From: Escherichia phage K1G
Sequence record: NC_027993.1
Direction: 5' to 3' (one strand)
DNA: 43,587 bases
The notes beneath the pieces were generated by a model that searched no databases, was not told the DNA's origin, and saw nothing but the letters and a program-made list of their open reading frames with translations. Every line of letters begins with the position of its first letter. Position 1 is the stretch's first letter. Positions 37,097-43,587 of this stretch are shown in pieces. A program made the position numbers and the translations under genes.

Positions 37097-37297
37097 GTGA
37101 GGGTTATGTTTAAACGTGGTCAGTTGGTTAAATACTCCGACGATAAACACGGCATAATTGAATTAAAATCTGCTTTATTTCCAGGAAAGTACGTAGTTAC
37201 CGTGCAAAATGTGAGAGGAGTAAATTCACAAATATACGTAGCGGAGGAGAACTTAAAACTCATCGGCAACAATTTTAAATTTAAAGGGGGAGGGTGA
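37097..37297 (+). CDS. hypothetical early protein
   Basis: 66 aa, RBS GAGGAGTGAGGG. Confidence 0.5.
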   Translation: MRVMFKRGQLVKYSDDKHGIIELKSALFPGKYVVTVQNVRGVNSQIYVAEENLKLIGNNFKFKGGG

Positions 37298-37301
37298 AGT
37301 G

Positions 37302-37502
37302 ATGGAAGAATTATTTGAAGAACTGAAACATCATGATTTCGAGGAAATATATTTCGTAGCTGAACGCTACGAGGTGCATCTGGCGGACGGTATAACGGTT
37401 ATTACATCTACCAGCGAGCGAATGTTAAATAGCTTACGAGCAATACGAACGGCATCGAATCATGATGCTTGTGCCGACGACGCTGAGGGAGGTTGCCGTT
37501 AA
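37302..37502 (+). CDS. hypothetical early protein
   Basis: 66 aa from ATG 37302, RBS GGGGGAGGG. Confidence 0.5.
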   Translation: MEELFEELKHHDFEEIYFVAERYEVHLADGITVITSTSERMLNSLRAIRTASNHDACADDAEGGCR

Positions 37503-37705
37503 TGCGAATCCGTATAACTGACCGCAGGCTTATCCGTATAACTGACCGCAGGCTTATCCGTATAACTGACCGCAGGCTTATAGATTTCGGTATCTCGGTA
37601 GGTGATGTTTTTCCGGCGTTCAGCATCAACCATTATGGTTTTATGATTGAGTACAAAGGGTCGTTATTGTTCGTGTATCGGGATGAATGTGAGGTTCTGG
37701 TATGA
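37502..37705 (+). CDS. small protein containing three RITDRRLI repeats
   Basis: ATG overlaps upstream stop (TAATG), RBS GAGGGAGG; 3 x 24 bp tandem repeat is in frame. Confidence 0.4.
   Translation: MRIRITDRRLIRITDRRLIRITDRRLIDFGISVGDVFPAFSINHYGFMIEYKGSLLFVYRDECEVLV
37510..37581 (+). repeat. perfect tandem direct repeat, 3 x 24 bp (CCGTATAACTGACCGCAGGCTTAT)
   Basis: three identical consecutive 24-mers read directly. Confidence 0.9.
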
Positions 37706-37857
37706 GAGAAGCATTTGAACGGTGGGCTGTGGTCGAGGGTCTGCCGGTTAACAAGGGTTCAAAGAAAGAGTACCTGAACGTTAAGACGCGTCTCGCGTGG
37801 CGGGCGTGGAAAGCTGGTGTGCAATCCTTGATTGAAAGAGGTGTGAGGTATGGGTGA
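37702..37857 (+). CDS. small hypothetical protein (51 aa)
   Basis: ATGA overlap with upstream gene; sequence MREAFERWAVVEGLPVNKGSKKEYLNVKTRLAWRAWKAG... Confidence 0.4.
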   Translation: MREAFERWAVVEGLPVNKGSKKEYLNVKTRLAWRAWKAGVQSLIERGVRYG

Positions 37858-38050
37858 GTGGATTAAGTGTAGTGAGATGCTGCCGGGTAATGGGTATACG
37901 GATAAAGAGTTCCTGGTGTATGAAACGTTAAATAACGCAGTTCAGCACGATTATTACATAGTTCCTGATGACGGGAGAAAGCCTTTCTGGAATCACTACG
38001 ATAAGTACGTGACGCACTGGATGCCGTTACCCGAGCCGCCAGAAGTGTGA
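37850..38050 (+). CDS. DUF551-like protein
   Basis: N-terminus MGEWIKCSEMLPGNG resembles DUF551 proteins (W-I...LP motif). Confidence 0.5.
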   Translation: MGEWIKCSEMLPGNGYTDKEFLVYETLNNAVQHDYYIVPDDGRKPFWNHYDKYVTHWMPLPEPPEV

Positions 38051-38184
38051 TGTTCAATAGTTTGGGATTTTACTGAGTGACTTACGCTGCTACACAGCAG
38101 CGTACAACTTTAACTTAGTGTCGTCAAAAGGCGACACTTTCATCAAACGCAACAATCGAAGCGACTATTGCAGGAGATGCAACA

Positions 38185-38358
38185 ATGATTACTAAAGAAC
38201 AGGCTGAACGACTAATCACGTTAATCGACACGATGGTTGATGCGAAAACCGATTTAGCAACGGCAACAGAGGAATCCGCTACCTGGTCGCTTGAAGAAAG
38301 AGAAGCAGAAGCGGAAAGGGAGTTACTGGCGTTCATCGACTCTATAACACACCAATAA
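38185..38358 (+). CDS. small acidic hypothetical protein (57 aa)
   Basis: RBS AGGAG 10 nt upstream of ATG. Confidence 0.45.
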   Translation: MITKEQAERLITLIDTMVDAKTDLATATEESATWSLEEREAEAERELLAFIDSITHQ

Positions 38359-38365
38359 AATTTAC

Positions 38366-38394
38366 TTGCACACTAAGATAGAATAGGCTACTAT
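38366..38394 (+). promoter_or_regulatory. early promoter TTGCAC-N17-TACTAT (family 2)
   Basis: cTTGCACactaagatagAATAGGCTACTATTcat. Confidence 0.5.
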
Positions 38395-38425
38395 TCATTT
38401 ACACAAACGAGAGGAGAGACGGAAG

Positions 38426-38614
38426 ATGTTTAATTCAAACGAGCATTTGATTAAGGTTACCCCGTGTTGGGCCGGGTATCAGTTGGCGCACGACGGAAAG
38501 CACGTACCTAAACTTGTATTTGCCAATTATGAAGTTGCCCGCGGTTGGGTTAGCGCCGGAAAGAAAGGCGAACGCGGAATAATGAAGGTTGGATTTGTAG
38601 GAGATACGAAATGA
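38426..38614 (+). CDS. hypothetical early protein
   Basis: 62 aa, RBS GAGAGGAGAG. Confidence 0.5.
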   Translation: MFNSNEHLIKVTPCWAGYQLAHDGKHVPKLVFANYEVARGWVSAGKKGERGIMKVGFVGDTK

Positions 38615-39039
38615 ATAACAACGACGCAGTATTCGAGTACTTGGTAGCGGCAATGCACCTAACACTGGACGAACGTAAGGCGCACAAGCAGCAGTGCGAA
38701 GACCTGGCGCACGAGGTGCAGTCACTTAAGAACCAGTTACGTGATGCTTCGGCGCAGATTAAGGAGCTACACATGGCGTTGGCTACTGCTACAGGCGACG
38801 TGGAGGCGTACAAACTTATCCGCAAGGGCGAGCAATCTGGTTGCCGTAAGGAAGACGTTCAGGGATGCGTGCACGAGTGGGCGCTTGATGAAAAAGGTGA
38901 CTACTTCGTTTGCACTAAATGCGGTAAGCAAGAAGCGGAATTGAACGATTGCCAACACACTAATACTGTTGGTTTGCGTAAGGGTTTTGCGCCGGGGTTT
39001 ACTAAAAAGTGTCTGGATTGCGGGGCTAAACTGAAATGA
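38611..39039 (+). CDS. coiled-coil plus Zn-ribbon protein
   Basis: C-terminal CVHEW...CTKCGK...CLDCG; paralogous motif to 41292 and 41530 ORFs. Confidence 0.55.
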   Translation: MNNNDAVFEYLVAAMHLTLDERKAHKQQCEDLAHEVQSLKNQLRDASAQIKELHMALATATGDVEAYKLIRKGEQSGCRKEDVQGCVHEWALDEKGDYFVCTKCGKQEAELNDCQHTNTVGLRKGFAPGFTKKCLDCGAKLK

Positions 39040-39239
39040 CCAGCATCTTATTTATCTGGGTACTGTCGGCGGGCCAGATGCAACTAGCGGCATCGGAAAC
39101 GTTTTATTCGATGGAGGCGTGCCAGTCAGCGGCACGCGCCGCAGAGAACGCGCACTTTCTGTTTCAGGGTGACAAGCCCAACGATTCAGAGGTACGCGCT
39201 ATCTGCTCACCTAAGCGACTTGGTAAACAGGAGAAATAA
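39036..39239 (+). CDS. small protein with N-terminal hydrophobic/signal segment
   Basis: 67 aa, ATGA overlap. Confidence 0.5.
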   Translation: MTSILFIWVLSAGQMQLAASETFYSMEACQSAARAAENAHFLFQGDKPNDSEVRAICSPKRLGKQEK

Positions 39240-39532
39240 TGTCGTTAGCAACTGACATCCTGAAACGAAGCGGCCTTGCGCCGCTGTCGCCGAGAGCGAA
39301 TACGCGTATACACAAGCGCCGCCGTAATGCACTGTACCCCGAGATTCAGGCCAGACGCAAAGCGGTACGCGCCTGTGGATTCCAGAACGGGAAGGCTGTG
39401 AATCTCGGTGAGTTTAAAACACAGGAACGCGCAGCAATCGCTAATCGGCTATTTAATTACTGGAAATCGTTGGGATACGATGATATTCCGACGAAACCAC
39501 AGAGACGACAATACATCTGGCGCCATAAATAA
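39239..39532 (+). CDS. hypothetical basic protein
   Basis: 97 aa, Arg/Lys-rich. Confidence 0.5.
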   Translation: MSLATDILKRSGLAPLSPRANTRIHKRRRNALYPEIQARRKAVRACGFQNGKAVNLGEFKTQERAAIANRLFNYWKSLGYDDIPTKPQRRQYIWRHK

Positions 39533-39607
39533 ACCGTTATTAAGATAATTCCTACCCGTGGTATCCTCCAGTTACTGCATACTTAATACGCACCTGGAGG
39601 ATTCATC

Positions 39608-39916
39608 TTGGATAAATTTACTGAAACAGTGACGGGGTGGCTTCTCGCCGCCGCACTGGTCGGTGGATTGGTCGGGCTAAGACAACATAAAAAGTCTATA
39701 TCCGGGCCGATTGACGGACTGGTATTTCTTCTCACCGGCTTCGCGTGTGCTATTTTCGGTGCACCTCTTGCCGCTCAATGGTTCGGTATTACCGGTGAGC
39801 GTGAGATAGCTGGCCTCGGATTCATCATTGCCATTCTCTGGATGCCTATCTATTCCCGCCTTTCTGGCATCGTATCGGGTGGCGATATTGCCCGCCCAGG
39901 AGGACCGCATGACTGA
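39608..39916 (+). CDS. holin candidate (TTG start)
   Basis: 102 aa with 2-3 hydrophobic helices; RBS GGAGGA 6 nt upstream of TTG; immediately upstream of endolysin cassette. Confidence 0.5.
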   Translation: MDKFTETVTGWLLAAALVGGLVGLRQHKKSISGPIDGLVFLLTGFACAIFGAPLAAQWFGITGEREIAGLGFIIAILWMPIYSRLSGIVSGGDIARPGGPHD

Positions 39917-40181
39917 GCTATTCTGGTTTGTCACAATGCTTTCAATGGGCGCTTCGTCCCTGTTCAACGTGTATAATGAACGCGTGGACGACGGGCTGTT
40001 CGGGCGTGTTCTCTATATCCTGACTGCTATCGTCTGTGCCGCCGGATGTGTTCACCTGTTACAGGGCAGCATGTCGCCTACGCTGCCTGAGACATTAATC
40101 ACATTAGTCGCGCTGCGCCAGATTCGCCAGGCGTGGCTGTCATACGGAGGACATAAGCGTGTCTCGAAATATTTCAGATAA
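39909..40181 (+). CDS. second holin-like membrane protein (holin/antiholin)
   Basis: ATG 39909 with RBS AGGAGG; two hydrophobic segments; overlaps neighbours. Confidence 0.5.
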   Translation: MTELFWFVTMLSMGASSLFNVYNERVDDGLFGRVLYILTAIVCAAGCVHLLQGSMSPTLPETLITLVALRQIRQAWLSYGGHKRVSKYFR

Positions 40182-40644
40182 TGGATTGCATTTCTGTGCC
40201 GCGTTCGAGGGATTCCGCGGAACTGCGTATCGCGCTACGCCGAATGAGAAGTATCTTACTATTGGCTACGGTCACTACGGGCCAGACGTAACACCAGGTA
40301 AGACCATCACACCAGGACAGGGCTTGCTGTTACTGAATCGCGATATGGCTAAGGCTGTAGCTGCTGTTGACGCAGCAGCACACCATTCGCTTACACAGGC
40401 ACAGTTCGATGCGGTGTGTGACCTGGTCTATAACGTGGGGGCTGGCGTGATTTCGGCTACTACCGGTACAGGTAAGGCACTGCGCTCCGGTGATATCGCG
40501 ACGTTACGGGCTAAGCTGGCGCTGTTCATCAACCAGAACGGCAAACCACTACTTGGCCTGCGTCGCCGTACAGCCGGGCGTCTGGCGCTGTTCGACGGTA
40601 AACCGTGGCAAGAGGCTGAGGCTATCGGTAGGGCGGTTAAATGA
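40159..40644 (+). CDS. endolysin, T4-lysozyme-like (GH24), GTG start
   Basis: AAFEGFRGTAY...TIGYGHYG catalytic-region motif; RBS ACGGAGGA. Confidence 0.8.
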   Translation: MSRNISDNGLHFCAAFEGFRGTAYRATPNEKYLTIGYGHYGPDVTPGKTITPGQGLLLLNRDMAKAVAAVDAAAHHSLTQAQFDAVCDLVYNVGAGVISATTGTGKALRSGDIATLRAKLALFINQNGKPLLGLRRRTAGRLALFDGKPWQEAEAIGRAVK

Positions 40645-40771
40645 TGGACGAATACGAAGGCGTTTAGTAAACTTACATCCACGCTGTTTGTGCCTGCATA
40701 CTAAGCCCCGGTAAACCCGAAGCAGCAGCCCAAGCGGTGGAGACTGCGTAGGGTTCAGGGGCTTATGCCCG

Positions 40772-40803
40772 AAACCCGGACCGCGAATCCGGGTTTTATT
40801 TTA
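40772..40803 (+). terminator. rho-independent terminator
   Basis: ACCCGGA-CCGCGAA-TCCGGGT hairpin followed by TTTATTTTA. Confidence 0.6.
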
Positions 40804-40807
40804 CCAA

Positions 40808-40836
40808 TTGACACCTGAGACTAATCCGACGATACT
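40808..40836 (+). promoter_or_regulatory. candidate promoter TTGACA-N17-GATACT
   Basis: perfect -35, 4/6 -10; sits between two terminators. Confidence 0.35.
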
Positions 40837-40842
40837 TAAATC

Positions 40843-40909
40843 ACCTCCTGTTCCATCCCTCTGCTCTCCAGTTTTATCCCGGCCCTTACCCAGCCGGGAT
40901 TTTTTTTAT
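40843..40909 (+). ncRNA. candidate ~65-nt small RNA with anti-Shine-Dalgarno-like motif AUCACCUCCU
   Basis: promoter-terminator unit with no ORF; C/U-rich body; 10-nt match to 16S rRNA 3' end sequence. Confidence 0.25.
40878..40909 (+). terminator. rho-independent terminator
   Basis: CCCGGC-CCTTACCCA-GCCGGG hairpin followed by ATTTTTTTT. Confidence 0.7.
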
Positions 40910-40929
40910 CCGTTTTCTGTAATGACTAG

Positions 40930-40958
40930 TTGACTATTACCTTAGACCCTATTATATT
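40930..40958 (+). promoter_or_regulatory. promoter TTGACT-N17-TATATT
   Basis: hexamers and 17-bp spacer read directly; upstream of ORF 40992. Confidence 0.5.
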
Positions 40959-40991
40959 TACTCCATCGACAACGAGAACGGAGTAGAGAAA

Positions 40992-41141
40992 ATGAAAATC
41001 ACAGACATCGAAGCATTCAAAGACGCACAACTGATGGCACGCATCGCCGTTAGTAACCTGAGCAACAGCATTCCAGCGGACGCGTTCTGGTTCGCTGCGA
41101 TGCAGACACTTAAAGCAGCTTATGCAGGAGAGAAGAAATGA
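40992..41141 (+). CDS. small hypothetical protein (49 aa)
   Basis: RBS GGAGTAGAG; ATGA overlap with next ORF. Confidence 0.45.
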   Translation: MKITDIEAFKDAQLMARIAVSNLSNSIPADAFWFAAMQTLKAAYAGEKK

Positions 41142-41299
41142 GCGAACAAGGCCCAGTAAGCCAGCCGTTACGAGTAGGCCGTAAAGTCAGTCACACCCCG
41201 TTCCCGACACGCGAGGAACTGATGAAACGTAACAGTTTCCCCGGCCCGGACAAGAACAAGTATCTCAATCGCATGTGGGGAGAGTGTAAAAATGACTGA
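41138..41299 (+). CDS. small hypothetical protein (53 aa)
   Basis: translationally coupled chain of ORFs. Confidence 0.4.
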   Translation: MSEQGPVSQPLRVGRKVSHTPFPTREELMKRNSFPGPDKNKYLNRMWGECKND

Positions 41300-41537
41300 C
41301 CGTGAATACGAAAAGATGATGGTTGAGGCCGTTAACGGCGGCGCAGACATTAGCCATGTGATGCACGTCCTGAATACTAAAATCGCTGTAGCTGAGCAAA
41401 TGGTTGAGTCGCTTTATGAGACGCGCCGTGAACTGATTAACCGCTTCAACCTGAACAAGTGCGAACATGAGTTCGACTACAATCCGAAGGATATGTGTGG
41501 GCAGTGTATTAAATGCGGGGTACAGCGTCATGCCTAA
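41292..41537 (+). CDS. small Zn-ribbon protein
   Basis: C-terminal CEHEFDYNPKDMCGQCIKCG. Confidence 0.5.
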   Translation: MTDREYEKMMVEAVNGGADISHVMHVLNTKIAVAEQMVESLYETRRELINRFNLNKCEHEFDYNPKDMCGQCIKCGVQRHA

Positions 41538-41778
41538 AATCACAATCGCATCGCTCGAGCGCCGTATTCTGGTGCTTGAGTCGGAGAAACAGACGCTAGG
41601 CGGGCAACTGTCGATTAACGGTGAGTACCAGTTAGCCGCATTTAAGGTTCTTCTCATGTTGTTGAGAGGAGAAGAGGAAAAGATGAACGCCTGCGAGCAT
41701 GATTACCGCCTGCATTTAGTTGATGGGGAGCATCGAGTCACATGCTTAAAATGCGGTAAAGCGTATGAAAGCGCCTGA
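41530..41778 (+). CDS. small Zn-ribbon protein (paralog)
   Basis: ATG 41530; C-terminal CEHDYRLHLVDGEHRVTCLKCGK. Confidence 0.5.
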   Translation: MPKITIASLERRILVLESEKQTLGGQLSINGEYQLAAFKVLLMLLRGEEEKMNACEHDYRLHLVDGEHRVTCLKCGKAYESA

Positions 41779-41947
41779 ACCCGTAGTTATCGATGGCGTC
41801 CTGTGGAAACCATACTCGGTTAACCACATCGACGCCGACGGGAAGAAGTTCAGCTTCTACATTTTTGCAATTAGCCGTGAGCACGCCGCTTGTGTGGTCG
41901 ACGATATACGAGAAACGGCGTGGCTCGGTGATGAGATAGTGGGGTGA
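41765..41947 (+). CDS. hypothetical protein
   Basis: 60-aa ORF in coupled series. Confidence 0.45.
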   Translation: MKAPEPVVIDGVLWKPYSVNHIDADGKKFSFYIFAISREHAACVVDDIRETAWLGDEIVG

Positions 41948-42180
41948 GTATGTTTCACGAACTGAAGATATTACCTGATCATTTTGAGCCTGTTATGGCG
42001 GGAATCAAGCGGGCGGAACTTCGATTAAACGACCGCGACTTTAAGGAATATGACACTCTGTGCCTGCGAGAATACGAAAACGGTGAGTACACAGGCCGTA
42101 TCGTTTACCGCCGCATCATTCATGTTGCGGACGTAGGGGCTTACCTACCAGGGTACGTGCTATTAAGTATGGAGGGTTGA
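41944..42180 (+). CDS. ASCH/PUA-like (DUF3850-like) protein
   Basis: HELKILPDHFEPVMAGIKRAELRLNDRDFKEYDTLCLREY matches recalled DUF3850 pattern. Confidence 0.5.
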   Translation: MSMFHELKILPDHFEPVMAGIKRAELRLNDRDFKEYDTLCLREYENGEYTGRIVYRRIIHVADVGAYLPGYVLLSMEG

Positions 42181-42182
42181 GT

Positions 42183-42275
42183 ATGAGTCTTGAGGTGGTT
42201 ATTGGCCTTGTCGCAGCAGGTTATTTTATCGGCGTATTGATTGGGTTTATGTGGGGTAGAGACAGTGTTCAGTGA
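42183..42275 (+). CDS. tiny hydrophobic peptide (30 aa)
   Basis: RBS GGAGGG; single predicted TM segment. Confidence 0.3.
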   Translation: MSLEVVIGLVAAGYFIGVLIGFMWGRDSVQ

Positions 42276-42435
42276 CATTAATGCGGCAATCGAAGAAGCA
42301 ATCTGGCGACGCTACAACGGTGAGCAACAACGGCACTTCTGCCTGGTGCAACGCGGAAACATGATTGCTGTGGTACAGGACCGTGATAATAAATATCCGA
42401 ATGCGATGTGGACAACGAGGAATTTCTTAGGATGA
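42241..42435 (+). CDS. hypothetical protein, start uncertain (TTG/GTG)
   Basis: ORF-track ORF; no ATG start. Confidence 0.35.
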   Translation: MGLCGVETVFSDINAAIEEAIWRRYNGEQQRHFCLVQRGNMIAVVQDRDNKYPNAMWTTRNFLG

Positions 42436-42668
42436 TTACCAGCATTCCGAACCTGATTAAAGAATTTGGCACGATGGCGGAGACATGCCGACAAACCGGC
42501 ATCAACGAAATGACGATTGCGAAGTACAGCAAAGACGTCGATTGTGAACGCCATGTAATTTATAACAATCGTCTGATGACGCACGTTAAGACAAGCCCGG
42601 TGTTATTCACGCGCCGGGGTATTACTAAAACAGAGCAACGTATTGCTAAAGAGGAGAGTGGGGAATGA
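42432..42668 (+). CDS. hypothetical protein with HTH-like segment
   Basis: ATG 42432 with RBS GAGGAA; TCRQTGINEMTIAKYSKD. Confidence 0.45.
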   Translation: MITSIPNLIKEFGTMAETCRQTGINEMTIAKYSKDVDCERHVIYNNRLMTHVKTSPVLFTRRGITKTEQRIAKEESGE

Positions 42669-42823
42669 TTAGTATTCTGGAGTTCATCGACAACCAAGTT
42701 TGGTACGAGCCAGAGTTAAATAAGTATTCAGTTAATGGGAAAATATTTCGGCGCAAAGGCCAGGCAGAGCGTTACGCAGCTAAACTATACCGCCAGCTTG
42801 TCAAGGATGGTTTCTTCAAATGA
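42665..42823 (+). CDS. small hypothetical protein (52 aa)
   Basis: ATGA overlap with upstream gene. Confidence 0.4.
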   Translation: MISILEFIDNQVWYEPELNKYSVNGKIFRRKGQAERYAAKLYRQLVKDGFFK

Positions 42824-42925
42824 GACTACTAATCATCCCTAACGCCTGGGCCATTCCCGTAGCTAACGACCATTACGGCGGCGACGGTAAAAGAGCACCA
42901 CGCCACGGCCTATACAACTGATACA

Positions 42926-42949
42926 AGCCCTCTACCGAGGGCTTTTCTG
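42926..42949 (+). terminator. rho-independent terminator ending the early rightward operon
   Basis: AGCCCTC-TACC-GAGGGCT hairpin followed by TTTCTGT. Confidence 0.6.
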
Positions 42950-43042
42950 TACATCCCGCCCAATCCCCTTATATAATCCCTTTAGACGCGTAGGGCGCGT
43001 CTGATGCGCTCTGATGGTCAGACGCATATGCAAGGGGATTCT

Positions 43043-43587
43043 ATGAAGCTGAAACTCAAGCAGCCATCGCCAGAGGTGGTGCAAGCTGCACATGAAGAAG
43101 CTGTTAGCGCAAACCGCCGACGTAAACGACCGCGCGGTAAACAGAGCCTTTATCAATCGTCCCGTAATTCCGCAGCGTTGTGGGACCCGGACTATTGCGA
43201 CGAATTAATTCGTTTCTTCGACCGCACGTCATGGGAGGCTATGCCGACAGGAGCGCACGGAGACTACAAAGCAGTCATTGCGGATAAACCGCCATCACTG
43301 GCTCGCTTCGCCTTACACATCGGTGTAACTATCCCGATTATTAAGCTGTGGCTGCGTGAGATTCCCGCATTTGCAGAAGCCTATGAAACAGCACAGGCGC
43401 TGGAAGAGGCATATTTCACTGAGACAGGGGCCGCGGGCATCTCGGCTACATTTGCTGCCGCTAAGCTGAGCCTCGGCAAAGAGAAACCAGTTGAATCCAC
43501 CGAAGAAACGGCACCGACCGAGATTATTTTTAGTGTTGCAGAGCCTGTAGGTAAAATTGTAACAACGAATATGGGTGAGGTAGAGGA
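43043..43587 (+). CDS. putative terminase small subunit, 3' end runs off window (continues into position 1-4 if circularised)
   Basis: RBS AGGGGA; 181 codons open to the window end; last partial codon GA + A(1) then TGA(2-4) overlapping terL ATG; position upstream of terL. Confidence 0.55.
   Translation, partial: MKLKLKQPSPEVVQAAHEEAVSANRRRKRPRGKQSLYQSSRNSAALWDPDYCDELIRFFDRTSWEAMPTGAHGDYKAVIADKPPSLARFALHIGVTIPIIKLWLREIPAFAEAYETAQALEEAYFTETGAAGISATFAAAKLSLGKEKPVESTEETAPTEIIFSVAEPVGKIVTTNMGEVE

Noticed and set aside
37510-37581. Tandem repeats considered as a CRISPR array
   Set aside because: Units are contiguous with no spacers, only three copies, and lie in frame inside an ORF.
37408-37629. 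73-aa minus-strand ORF over the tandem repeat
   Set aside because: Mirror image of the plus-strand repeat ORF; lies in a plus-strand operon and lacks an RBS.
1-43587. tRNA genes, rRNA, CRISPR arrays, reverse transcriptase/DGR
   Set aside because: No tRNA-like T-arm or acceptor motifs, spaced repeat arrays or RT motifs recognised by eye; tRNAs cannot be excluded without a dedicated scan.

Overview
The window reads as a complete or near-complete ~43.6 kb genome of a virulent siphovirus, not a slice of a bacterial chromosome. A terS-like ORF runs off the 3' end, and if the sequence is circularised its stop (TGA) overlaps the terL ATG at position 1. The + strand carries the late module from 1 to 24.8 kb: terminase large subunit, portal, head morphogenesis, an embedded Rz/Rz1-type spanin pair, scaffold, major capsid, an HNH endonuclease, head-tail and tail genes, a G/GT chaperone pair, tape measure, distal tail proteins and a tailspike. 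From recalled sequence the tailspike is an endosialidase (polysialic-acid/K1-capsule depolymerase), so the phage resembles the Jersey-like/Kagunavirus K1-specific coliphages; this assignment is from memory, not verified. The - strand from 24.8 to 36.7 kb carries the early/replication module: SNF2 helicase, C5-cytosine methyltransferase, VRR-NUC, family-A DNA polymerase, DUF2815-like SSB, Cas4/RecB-like exonuclease, primase-helicase and HTH regulators. The + strand from 37 to 42.8 kb carries many small early ORFs plus a holin/endolysin cassette. The most unusual element is an antisense four-gene cassette (12.3-14.8 kb) inside the tail-gene block, driven by an early-type promoter: an Imm-like membrane protein, an HTH-metallophosphoesterase, a HAD phosphatase and a P-loop kinase. 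Other notable items are two conserved promoter families sharing an AATAG-N4-CTATT inverted repeat, a perfect 3 x 24 bp tandem repeat, a candidate small RNA with an anti-Shine-Dalgarno-like motif, a paralogous Zn-ribbon protein family and two possible recoding sites. All calls are from reading the sequence and ORF track by eye; no searches were run.
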